From a virus, in the IMG/VR virus record IMGVR_UViG_3300031975_001631: a DNA stretch of 64,000 nucleotides. One strand, given 5' to 3'. The position numbers and the translations under genes are program-made. This document shows positions 8,118 through 16,540 of this stretch, piece by piece (the first letter of the stretch is position 1; the number at the start of each line of letters is the position of its first letter). The notes under the pieces are model-generated. The model was not told the origin of the DNA. It made no database searches and was given only the letters and a program-made list of their open reading frames with translations.

Positions 8118-10609
8118 GAGAAGAAGTCCTCTAAAGTTGCGGTTTTTTCTACAGACCATCCAATAGCATCTAGAATTGTCCTCAAAGGTTCTAAGAATGC
8201 CTTGCCAAATTGAAGGTCATAGTCAACATATCTAGTAACATTTAATTCCTTGGGAAAATCTTGAATGAAGGAAATAACATTCTCATGAATGATATTTGGT
8301 TTCTTCAAATAGCAGAATTTAATCTTTTCACCATTTTGAATGAGCGAATACTTGTTAGTAAGATTCGCTTTCTTAATATAATGATTGTATAGAAGAGCTC
8401 CACGGCAATGAATGGGAGTTCCTTTAGAGTAAATGTCTGCTGAGGATTTATACTTTGCTACATCACTAACAGATCTAGGAAAAGAAATCTCTTCAGGAGT
8501 TAATTTTTTAAATTGTTGGCGACACTTATCTATGTAATCAATCATATCATCTTCCGACCCAGACATCATAATTTTAAAAGAATTTTTTAACATTTGACGG
8601 CAGGGTGCGGGTGTAGATGACTTGACAGCCTCAATACCCATCACTTTTAATTTAGGCTCTGTATATTGAACGCCTTCGCTGTTCCAAACATTAAGAATAT
8701 ATCTTTTCTTTGCAGTCCAGATACCACGATCAGCGATATTCTCACGCTTCATTTGCATTTTTTGTTCGTATGCTGAAACATAATCCGCAAGATTTTGATA
8801 CGACTGATCAATGAACGGTTCCAACTTGTCTTCACAGATCTTATCAAGTAACCCCACAATTGCTGCTTTATTGCCAGACTTATTACCAAGAAATTTAGTA
8901 ACAAGAGGTCCAAGATTAAGATAAATTGAGTCAGTGTCAGATGCGATAACATAGTCTTCACCATCTGTAGATAGAAGTTTATTTAGATACTGATTCATCT
9001 TGGTCTCAATCCAGCGAATAGAGACCTGACCAGATAGAGTGATAGCTTCTGCGTTCGCTAATTTAAAGTACCTGAAGTATTGATTACCAATAGCACCATA
9101 AGCAGAGTTAAGAGAAATCTTCTTCGCCATTTGAATGTTGTTACATCTGGAGATTTCTTTCTTAAGTGTATCAGTAGGAGTCTTCTCAAACTCTTGCTTG
9201 GCTTTGAGCATACGCTTCTTGAAGATGACTCTCTCACCATACATCTTCTCCATCAACTCAGGTAAGAATCCCTTCTTATCCTTACGAAACATAGCACCAT
9301 TTGGACAAACAGCGTTGTCCTTATACATCTCAAAGTTTATTTCCTCATTAAGGATCTTATCAACAGTTGCTGTTGGGTGTTTCTCTTCAAGGAGGGTCTC
9401 TGGCGAGATGTTATATTGCATAATAAGGTGAGGGTATAGAGAGTTAAGGTCAAAAGAGACAACCCAATCATAAACTCCCGGAACCGGTTCTTTAACATAT
9501 GCACCTGCATACTTCTCATCCTTATCAGTTTTTTCTTTGGGGGGAATAACAATACCCTTTTTCTTAAGGTAGTTGTAGATTATAGTATCCCACATCCTTA
9601 CCTGATAGAAGACATCATTATAATTTACCTTGGCGTCATATGCCATAGTTAGTGCTAGCTCGATCAACTTCATCTTATCCTCAAGACGGTCTACGAGCTC
9701 CACATCGATGATGTTGTATTCTACAAATTTCTGCCAACCATGCGTATAGAAATCTTTAAAGGTATCATACTCAGAATGGTCAAGTTTTTTCTGTCCGAGT
9801 TCTACATTGGCAATATGATCAAGACGATATGATTCCTGATTAGTATAAGTAAATTTCTTATACAGATCAAGATAATCTAACTGAGTAATACCACCAATAT
9901 CATAGAAGACTTGTCTACGACCTTTGATAAAGACTTCTTTTTGAGATACTAATCCCCAAGGCGATAATCTCTTAGCAAGTTTTTCGCCAAGAACACGATC
10001 AATACGCTTTGCAATAAATGGAATATCGAAAAGCTGAATATTCCAACCGGTCACAACATCAGGTGTATTTTCCATCCACCAGTTGATGAAAGAACTTAGA
10101 AGATCTCGCTCATTATTGAATTGAATATAGCGAACATTATCCTGCTTGATCTTAAATGGACCTTGACCCCAAGTTGTGATCTCCTTTGTATTATAATCCT
10201 GGATTGTAATCAGCAGAATCTCTTGGTCTGCTGCTTCAACATCAGGAAATCCATTTTCAGCACGAGTTTCAATGTCAACGGTAATAAGACGAATCTTACT
10301 AGAGTCAAATTTAATTTCATCTTGAGGATACTTATCAGAAATATACTGATAGATATACCTTTCGTTACCATAAACCTTGAAGTTGTCTACCTCACCATAG
10401 CTTTTTAAAAACTCCCTACAGTCAGAGACGAAACCAGGTTTAATTGGTTCAACATAATCACCGTCGAGAGTTTTATAGAATGTTTTCTTTTTAGCAGGAA
10501 CAAATAATGTAGGTTTGTATTTTTCGCGAAACTGAATGTACTCACCATTATCATAAGCACGAACCAGAAACTGGTCCCCGATCATTTGTACATTAGTGTA
10601 AAATTTCAT
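8114..10609 (-). CDS. gp43: Family B DNA polymerase gp43
   Basis: DIET exonuclease motif, SFDLNSLYP, KISLNSAYG, SDTDS; continuous, no intein seen. Confidence 0.98.
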   Translation of the reverse strand: MKFYTNVQMIGDQFLVRAYDNGEYIQFREKYKPTLFVPAKKKTFYKTLDGDYVEPIKPGFVSDCREFLKSYGEVDNFKVYGNERYIYQYISDKYPQDEIKFDSSKIRLITVDIETRAENGFPDVEAADQEILLITIQDYNTKEITTWGQGPFKIKQDNVRYIQFNNERDLLSSFINWWMENTPDVVTGWNIQLFDIPFIAKRIDRVLGEKLAKRLSPWGLVSQKEVFIKGRRQVFYDIGGITQLDYLDLYKKFTYTNQESYRLDHIANVELGQKKLDHSEYDTFKDFYTHGWQKFVEYNIIDVELVDRLEDKMKLIELALTMAYDAKVNYNDVFYQVRMWDTIIYNYLKKKGIVIPPKEKTDKDEKYAGAYVKEPVPGVYDWVVSFDLNSLYPHLIMQYNISPETLLEEKHPTATVDKILNEEINFEMYKDNAVCPNGAMFRKDKKGFLPELMEKMYGERVIFKKRMLKAKQEFEKTPTDTLKKEISRCNNIQMAKKISLNSAYGAIGNQYFRYFKLANAEAITLSGQVSIRWIETKMNQYLNKLLSTDGEDYVIASDTDSIYLNLGPLVTKFLGNKSGNKAAIVGLLDKICEDKLEPFIDQSYQNLADYVSAYEQKMQMKRENIADRGIWTAKKRYILNVWNSEGVQYTEPKLKVMGIEAVKSSTPAPCRQMLKNSFKIMMSGSEDDMIDYIDKCRQQFKKLTPEEISFPRSVSDVAKYKSSADIYSKGTPIHCRGALLYNHYIKKANLTNKYSLIQNGEKIKFCYLKKPNIIHENVISFIQDFPKELNVTRYVDYDLQFGKAFLEPLRTILDAIGWSVEKTATLEDFFS

Positions 10610-10896
10610 TCACTGGTAAGTTCGGTGTATGCTTCGAGAATAAATGACTCTGGGTCAACTAGAGTTAGAATAGTATCACTTTGAATTCTACACTTCTTAT
10701 CGGAGGAAATATTCAGAACTTTCCAAGGTGTCAAACGATCCTTGTACTCTCCATCGAAATCATCATCTTGAATTACAAACTCATAAGGGTTTTCTAATTC
10801 ACAATCAGGCTCACCAATGTCAGCACCAATTTCCTTAATTCCAGCGATAATACACTTGTAGTCTTCTTTAAATACAATGACTTTAATTTGTGACAT
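10606..10896 (-). CDS. Hypothetical protein, possible Sm-like fold
   Basis: 96 aa, coupled to gp43 by ATGA; beta-rich pattern with LENPY. Confidence 0.7.
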   Translation of the reverse strand: MSQIKVIVFKEDYKCIIAGIKEIGADIGEPDCELENPYEFVIQDDDFDGEYKDRLTPWKVLNISSDKKCRIQSDTILTLVDPESFILEAYTELTSE

Positions 10897-11197
10897 TATT
10901 GACTAGCTCCTGGTACATTGACTTGAGATCAGCAACTGGTTCAAAGATAGTTTGAACCGAGTTTGGGTTGACAATAAAAGTTGTCTCTTGCGTGAGTGGT
11001 TGCCAAGTAGCAAGAGATACTTGGGATGTATTTTCTGCGGTTTCTCCTGCATCTTCGCTCAGCAACATGGTGGGTTGCATGATAACACGATATGGATTGT
11101 TGAACATATATTGACGAGCCTTGTCTTCAGGATCAATCAACTCTTTGATATCAGCAATGATTTGATCATTGCCGATGATGGCTACTCTAACAGACAT
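10883..11197 (-). CDS. Hypothetical protein, possible Sm-like fold
   Basis: Likely start MSVRVAIIG at 11197, downstream of a sigma70 promoter and GAGG; FNNPY motif. Confidence 0.7.
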   Translation of the reverse strand: MSVRVAIIGNDQIIADIKELIDPEDKARQYMFNNPYRVIMQPTMLLSEDAGETAENTSQVSLATWQPLTQETTFIVNPNSVQTIFEPVADLKSMYQELVNNVTN

Positions 11198-11219
11198 AGT
11201 ATGCTTTTTACCTCTTGGT

Positions 11220-11256
11220 ATTATACCATAAAAATGGGGGGTGATCAACCCCCCGA
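11220..11256 (-). terminator. Intrinsic terminator after hsp20 with an embedded sigma70 promoter
   Basis: GGGGGG-TTGATCA-CCCCCC-ATTTTT; TTGATC (11243-11248), 17 nt, TATAAT (11220-11225). Confidence 0.75.
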
Positions 11257-11259
11257 TAT

Positions 11260-11694
11260 TTAGAACCAATCCTTGCGTTGATGGTGCTCTGGAACTATCC
11301 TAGCCAAACATATTGAAAGGAGTCCATCCTCAAATTCTACACTCTTCACTTCTACATCCTCAGAGAGCGTCCATACCCTCGTAAAGGACCTCTGTGCTAG
11401 TCCCTTATGCTGATAGGTAGTCTCGGTCTCCTTGTCCTCTTTCTGACCCTCTACAAAGAGTTTGCCATCCTGTGTATAGACAAACAACTCTGCCTTTTTA
11501 AACCCTGCCAGGGCGATCTCTAGCCTGGACTCTACAGAATTTATGGATACTAGGTTGTAGGGAGGATAGTTAGTAGTGGTCTCATGTAGTGAGTATAAAC
11601 GATCAAAGTATTCGTTCATACCAATGCTGTTGCGATGAACACGATCCAAAAATTGGTCAATGTTAGACGCACCATACTTAGTAAGGTCGGTCAT
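11260..11694 (-). CDS. hsp20: Small heat shock protein Hsp20
   Basis: NYPPYNL, LEIALAGF, HKGLAQRSF, FEDGLL. Confidence 0.95.
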   Translation of the reverse strand: MTDLTKYGASNIDQFLDRVHRNSIGMNEYFDRLYSLHETTTNYPPYNLVSINSVESRLEIALAGFKKAELFVYTQDGKLFVEGQKEDKETETTYQHKGLAQRSFTRVWTLSEDVEVKSVEFEDGLLSICLARIVPEHHQRKDWF

Positions 11695-11820
11695 TTTTAG
11701 CTCCTTTAAAAGCGAGTTTATGTTGTGTGGACCCCGAAGGCATCCGTTTGTGGATCATGCATTAACAACAAAGTTCTTTGTAGTTAATAGAATGAAAAAT
11801 ATGATCCACAAATATTTATT
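11695..11820 (-). promoter_or_regulatory. hsp20 late promoter and structured 5' leader
   Basis: AATAAATA at 11813-11820; 12-bp inverted repeat 11801-11812/11747-11758; cUUCGg hairpin 11729-11745; SD AAAGGAG 11701-11707. Confidence 0.65.
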
Positions 11821-11828
11821 AGACGACA

Positions 11829-11854
11829 TTAAAAAACGGGGTAGAGAACCCCGT
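11829..11854 (-). terminator. Intrinsic terminator after the ParB-like gene
   Basis: ACGGGG-TTCTCTA-CCCCGT followed by a T run. Confidence 0.75.
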
Positions 11855-11871
11855 AATTTTTTATTCGGTTA

Positions 11872-12906
11872 TCAGTAGTCCGAGATATCTACCAATTCAA
11901 AAGAATTAATGTTGTGATTGTCATGGATCTGAGGAATCGCTCCAGCAATGTGGAATGGTGCGGGATCAGCTACTTTGATCTCTACAGCAGACTGTGCTCT
12001 ATTTACCATAGCAAATGAAGATGTATAGTAATACTGGAGGTTTACTGCAAATTCAGAAATATACCTCCTGGCTTTACTACCAGTCTTAGCGTTGGTATAA
12101 AGGATAATAGTTGCTATTGCCTTGTTCTTAGAAAAGTGTGGAAGCAAGTGCTGACACCATGCCCTCATAGCATAGGTTGGATTGTCAACAGATAAAAGAA
12201 TATAAGATCCCTTTACATAACCAGCTTTTGACAACCAAGTTTGCCACTCGTCACGACTCCTAACAACAGTGATTCCACCAGATGTACCTTCTTCCAAGAC
12301 ATCATCAAGGATTTTGTTAACGATCTTGGTTATAGCACCTCCACGAGGAGAGAAGAAGCTCTCAACTTGCAGTTCATTGTAAACGAGGTCTTCTACTGCA
12401 GATCTCTCTGGCAAGCATTCCCCAGCATTAACACAAGCAATCCCTGCCATAACAAAATCGGCCTGGCATACACCAGTGGATGCAGGACGCTGCTGACAGG
12501 CAAGAGAATTGGAAATGTAGTTAGTGATTGGACTACCGTTGTCATCGTATGAGAAGATAGCAACAATAATCCACTTCTCTCCAGCACGCTTTGCTGCAAG
12601 GATACGAGTCCTACCGTCTCTAGGACGATTGTCAGTACCAATACAAGGGGGGAAATCGCTATAAAGCCATCCATAGTTAAGGTATGAAACTTGCATTGCT
12701 TCAATCCGAGAGGAATTGTTCTGATCATCCCGGACAGCAAGGTTCCAATAATACTCATCCTCTTCATCGACGGTATCGAGATCAAGGAAAGAAAACTTGA
12801 TGAATGTTGCGTTTTTTTGCTTAGGCTTGGGTAGGTTCTTTAACTGTGGATTTTCGAGATCCAGGGTGTTGCCAAAACCTTTTCTGGTGTTTTCTGCGTT
12901 AGTCAT
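11872..12906 (-). CDS. Hypothetical protein with a ParB/sulfiredoxin-like N-terminal domain
   Basis: PPCIG...RDGRTRILAAKRAG resembles the ParB DGxxR motif. Confidence 0.55.
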   Translation of the reverse strand: MTNAENTRKGFGNTLDLENPQLKNLPKPKQKNATFIKFSFLDLDTVDEEDEYYWNLAVRDDQNNSSRIEAMQVSYLNYGWLYSDFPPCIGTDNRPRDGRTRILAAKRAGEKWIIVAIFSYDDNGSPITNYISNSLACQQRPASTGVCQADFVMAGIACVNAGECLPERSAVEDLVYNELQVESFFSPRGGAITKIVNKILDDVLEEGTSGGITVVRSRDEWQTWLSKAGYVKGSYILLSVDNPTYAMRAWCQHLLPHFSKNKAIATIILYTNAKTGSKARRYISEFAVNLQYYYTSSFAMVNRAQSAVEIKVADPAPFHIAGAIPQIHDNHNINSFELVDISDY

Positions 12907-12978
12907 TAATTCTTTAGATAAAAATCTACGGTTGTACCGTTAGGTGTCTCAGTAGCAAAAACTGTTGAGACATTATAT

Positions 12979-13055
12979 TTAGTAGGTTCCTATCGCCGCT
13001 ACTCCTGAACCTACTAAGGGGAGCACCGCAGCCAAGGTGGTTTCCCTCCTTGACC
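12979..13055 (-). ncRNA. Putative structured RNA (GNRA hairpin plus H-type pseudoknot)
   Basis: 8-bp stem plus 2 bp capped by GAAA; perfect 11-bp stem; loop GGAGUA complementary to upstream UGCUCC. Confidence 0.55.
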
Positions 13056-13060
13056 TCCAT

Positions 13061-13096
13061 ATTATACACCATTAAAAAGGGGGCGTCAAGCCCCCT
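13061..13096 (-). promoter_or_regulatory. Sigma70 promoter with -35 in the loop of an intrinsic terminator
   Basis: AGGGGGC-TTGAC-GCCCCCT-TTTT; TTGACG (13084-13089), 17 nt, TATAAT (13061-13066). Confidence 0.8.
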
Positions 13097-13157
13097 ATCT
13101 ACTTTGGTAGCGAATCCGTCGTAGAGAGTCGCGCACGAAAGAGCGACGATTTATTTA

Positions 13158-13598
13158 TTAACCTTCTTCGCCTTCAACTTTAACCTTACGACCAATATTA
13201 TACTTAGTCTCTAAGACCCAATTTCCTTTATCTTTGTAGGATAAAACTTTAATCTGATTTAAAGGAGCAATATCCTGAATCATTTCAGCCACAACTACAG
13301 AAATTAATCCCCAATCAGCAAGGAGTTGTGTAATTCTATTGCGGCGTTGAACATCATTAACAGTAAGATTTGCTTTCTTACCATCAAGAGCAAACAATTC
13401 TTTAAAGTGAACAATGAAATATCTACCTTGCTTATGTAAGATATGACAAGACTGGTATAATTTTTTTTCTTTACGAGATGCAACACCGATTCTAGTCAGC
13501 GTTTCTCGCACTTTTAAGAAATCGTCAGGTTCCCCTAGTACAACCTCAATCATGCTCTCAGGCGACCACTCAACGGTCGGTTCAATAACGACGCTCAT
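13158..13598 (-). CDS. regA: Translational repressor RegA
   Basis: DDFLKVRETLTRIGVASRKEKKLYQSCHILHKQGRYFIVHFKELFALDG; likely start MSVVIEP. Confidence 0.97.
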   Translation of the reverse strand: MSVVIEPTVEWSPESMIEVVLGEPDDFLKVRETLTRIGVASRKEKKLYQSCHILHKQGRYFIVHFKELFALDGKKANLTVNDVQRRNRITQLLADWGLISVVVAEMIQDIAPLNQIKVLSYKDKGNWVLETKYNIGRKVKVEGEEG

Positions 13599-13620
13599 GT
13601 CACAAAACAAAAACTTTTTA

Positions 13621-14475
13621 TTATTTAGCTAAACTTCTTTTGATATCCTCTAATGCAGGCTTTAAAGTATCATACACATTCCTATATGCCATCGTATTGA
13701 TAGTTCTCCTATTCCAAAACTCATCTAACTTACAGTCTTTACCTGTAAAATCTTCATAGATTCCTAGAAAGATACTAAAGATATCCCATTGACTGTGTGG
13801 AAAATATTGTGGAGATAGGCAGACAAAGATATGATCATACTCATAATTACCATGATCATATTCTTCTGCCGTAGAAAATCCCCAGTCAGCATACTTACCA
13901 ACATTATTACAAATAAATCTATTCACAATACTTCTAGTATCATACTCATCTTTATCATCATTATGAATCCATGTCATGGCCTTCAATTTTCCTAAAGCAT
14001 GTAAGTATCCTCCCCAACTACCCTCATCAACTTTCCCATAAGTTATAGCATAATGATATTCAAGGAGGTGACATGACAAGAACTGTAACCAAGTGTCATC
14101 ATCATCATTTCCTGTTTTATGAAAATTGGTGAGTTGATCCAAGTATGAACCTGCTAGGAAATCATCATGGTGATCAATATTGACAATTTCTAAATCTTCT
14201 TTATCAAGAAGTTCTTCGAGAATATAATCATGATCCAATCCAAAAGCAACTGTTGCATTAGGATTTGCACTCAGAGCCTTAGTAAAAGTCTCAATCATAT
14301 AATCTAGACACTTCTCATCTACAATCTCTTCTCTACAATTTAGATCAGGATAGTTCTTAAAATAATTTTCCCACTTTGTAAAGGCATGCCACTCGTCCCA
14401 AAGTTCACCATCCTCATTAGGCCATTTCTCAATAGCAGGAAAACAATAATCAACATCAATACTAAGAACTTTCAT
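13621..14475 (-). CDS. Arginase/ureohydrolase-fold protein (UPF0489-like)
   Basis: KVLSIDVDY, LDHD and NIDHHDD metal-binding-type motifs. Confidence 0.55.
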   Translation of the reverse strand: MKVLSIDVDYCFPAIEKWPNEDGELWDEWHAFTKWENYFKNYPDLNCREEIVDEKCLDYMIETFTKALSANPNATVAFGLDHDYILEELLDKEDLEIVNIDHHDDFLAGSYLDQLTNFHKTGNDDDDTWLQFLSCHLLEYHYAITYGKVDEGSWGGYLHALGKLKAMTWIHNDDKDEYDTRSIVNRFICNNVGKYADWGFSTAEEYDHGNYEYDHIFVCLSPQYFPHSQWDIFSIFLGIYEDFTGKDCKLDEFWNRRTINTMAYRNVYDTLKPALEDIKRSLAK

Positions 14476-14849
14476 TTGATACCACCAGTATCCAATTTTT
14501 TACGAATAAAGTTTATTTGTTCTGGAGTCAGAATCTTTAAAGCTTGTTGTGCTTTTTCGTTACTATAACCGTAATATTTTTTTACCAACTCAAGATCAAC
14601 AATCTTGTCTTGCCTCAACCAAGGAGAGAATCTTTTCTTCTTCCTGATGCTATGTAGTAGGAATTGGTACTGCATATCTTTAGATAAATGAGCGTTCTTA
14701 TTCATTTCATTTGCAAACAAGACAGCATCTAAATGTCCAGAGAGACACCGGTTTACAATGTAAGCAGGATACTTTTTAATCTCATCTTGATCCTCACTCA
14801 AATCATTCTTAGTGAGGTTGATCGAATTAAGCCAGTCTTTTAATTCCAC
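14472..14849 (-). CDS. gp62: Clamp loader small subunit gp62
   Basis: YPAYIVNRCLS...KKKRFSPW...VKKYYGYSNEKAQQAL. Confidence 0.93.
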   Translation of the reverse strand: MELKDWLNSINLTKNDLSEDQDEIKKYPAYIVNRCLSGHLDAVLFANEMNKNAHLSKDMQYQFLLHSIRKKKRFSPWLRQDKIVDLELVKKYYGYSNEKAQQALKILTPEQINFIRKKLDTGGIK

Positions 14850-16540
14850 AACAGATAGTTTCCAATAACAAGATAATCAATATCCATTTTTTTAAAAGAG
14901 GAGATGGCATCCTCTGGAGTCTCAATGATTGGTTCTCCACTCTGATTAAACGAAGTATTCAATAATACTGGTGGTTCAAGTTTAGAAAGAAGCTGATACA
15001 TTTTAGCATTCTGTTGCTCATTTACAGTTTGAATTCTACATGACTTATCCTTATGAGTAATTGCGGGAAGTTTTTTAGTGATAGAAGTTTGAGAGTACAG
15101 CATATATGGACTTACAAAACCAGGATCAAAGTACTCACCAACTTTTTCTTCTAACATTATACCAGCAAAAGGACGCCAGGTCTCTCTCTTTTTAACCCTA
15201 TCATTCAGAATATCTTTGTTTTCCGATCTCTTGGGACTCATCAACAATGACCTAGATCCCAAAGACCTAGGACCGTATTCTGACCTGCCTTGGAACCAAC
15301 CAACGATCTTATTATCATCCAATTCTTTTGCTAGGAATTCACAGAGATCATCAAAATTATCATAATGCTTACAATTTTTTTCTTCTGGAACAAAGTCATC
15401 ATAAGATTTACCTAGTAGTGCAATGTTGTGTGGCAATTCAATAGTTTCTTTAGATCTATAAACACCCCAAGCTGCTGCACCAAAATGGATTCCAGAGTCA
15501 TTAGTAAACGGAGGAATATGAATGTTACGAAACAGTGGTCTCAATATAGTATTTGCACATACATTAAGGAAAGTTCCTCCAGCAAAACAAGTATCTTCTT
15601 CTAGATAATCTTTTCTTAATTCAGAAACAAAATACTCAAGACTTTTTTCAAACCAAAACTGAACATAGTGTGCTTTATCTTCTGTAGTCCCCTTTAAATT
15701 ATTATACAACATTTCATAGTCATAGAAATGCACTTCTGGCATTCCAGATTCCCAGCGATCAATGCCAAAATGAGATGTAGGAAACAAAGTAGATATACAT
15801 GTGGGAGGTCCTTGCCCTTCTAACAATTTACCGTAAGATGACAACCCCATGATCTTACCCTCTTTTGGGGTTACATCAAAGTTTTGAGCAAACTTAATGT
15901 TTTCAAATACATCAGAATTCAAGTTAGACTCTTGCCGCATCAATTCTTTATGTTTATCATCATAAATCATCTTAGACATATTACAATAGAACTCACCAAA
16001 TGAGTTCATGCCTAGATCACCAGTTCCCCTAAAAAATCTAAAGATGCGTTTACTCTTATCAAAATATCCAATACTATTATTCTCACCACCACGAGGGTGA
16101 CCACTAGCAAAATCCCAAAGCGCACTACCAAGGCCATCAAGAGTTAAGAAACTACCACTATTGAAAGGTGAAGTAAAGACTGTAGACGCTGCATGGCAAA
16201 GATGATGTGACAATAACCAAATCTCAGCATTAGGAAACTGTTCCTTAATCATTCTACTTGCAGTACCATCTACAAGTTTTTTCTGAAATACATCAGGATA
16301 AGATATGGGGTAACAAACAACATCAATTTCTTCTTTTTTATATTCCCCAAGAACATATTCAATAGACTTATATGGAAAGTTACCTTCGTCTTTGATACGG
16401 GTTAATCTTTCTTCATTAATACTTCTAATATGAATACCATTGATAAACAGAGTTGCTCCTGCATCATGAATATAAGTTTCACCTTGGTCAAAAACATTTG
16501 CATCCCAATCTAAGGCACCATAGATTCCAATAATTTTCAT
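14840..16540 (-). CDS. Carbamoyltransferase (NodU/CmcH/TobZ family)
   Basis: HHLCHAAS, LTLDGLG, EGKIMGLSSYG, AGGTFLNV, WFQGRSEYGPRSLGSRS, LLNTSFN. Confidence 0.9.
   Translation of the reverse strand: MKIIGIYGALDWDANVFDQGETYIHDAGATLFINGIHIRSINEERLTRIKDEGNFPYKSIEYVLGEYKKEEIDVVCYPISYPDVFQKKLVDGTASRMIKEQFPNAEIWLLSHHLCHAASTVFTSPFNSGSFLTLDGLGSALWDFASGHPRGGENNSIGYFDKSKRIFRFFRGTGDLGMNSFGEFYCNMSKMIYDDKHKELMRQESNLNSDVFENIKFAQNFDVTPKEGKIMGLSSYGKLLEGQGPPTCISTLFPTSHFGIDRWESGMPEVHFYDYEMLYNNLKGTTEDKAHYVQFWFEKSLEYFVSELRKDYLEEDTCFAGGTFLNVCANTILRPLFRNIHIPPFTNDSGIHFGAAAWGVYRSKETIELPHNIALLGKSYDDFVPEEKNCKHYDNFDDLCEFLAKELDDNKIVGWFQGRSEYGPRSLGSRSLLMSPKRSENKDILNDRVKKRETWRPFAGIMLEEKVGEYFDPGFVSPYMLYSQTSITKKLPAITHKDKSCRIQTVNEQQNAKMYQLLSKLEPPVLLNTSFNQSGEPIIETPEDAISSFKKMDIDYLVIGNYLLWN

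Noticed and set aside
12926-13060. 44-codon uORF (MEVKEGNH...) across the structured RNA
   Set aside because: Its ATG abuts TATAAT and lies upstream of the expected TSS.
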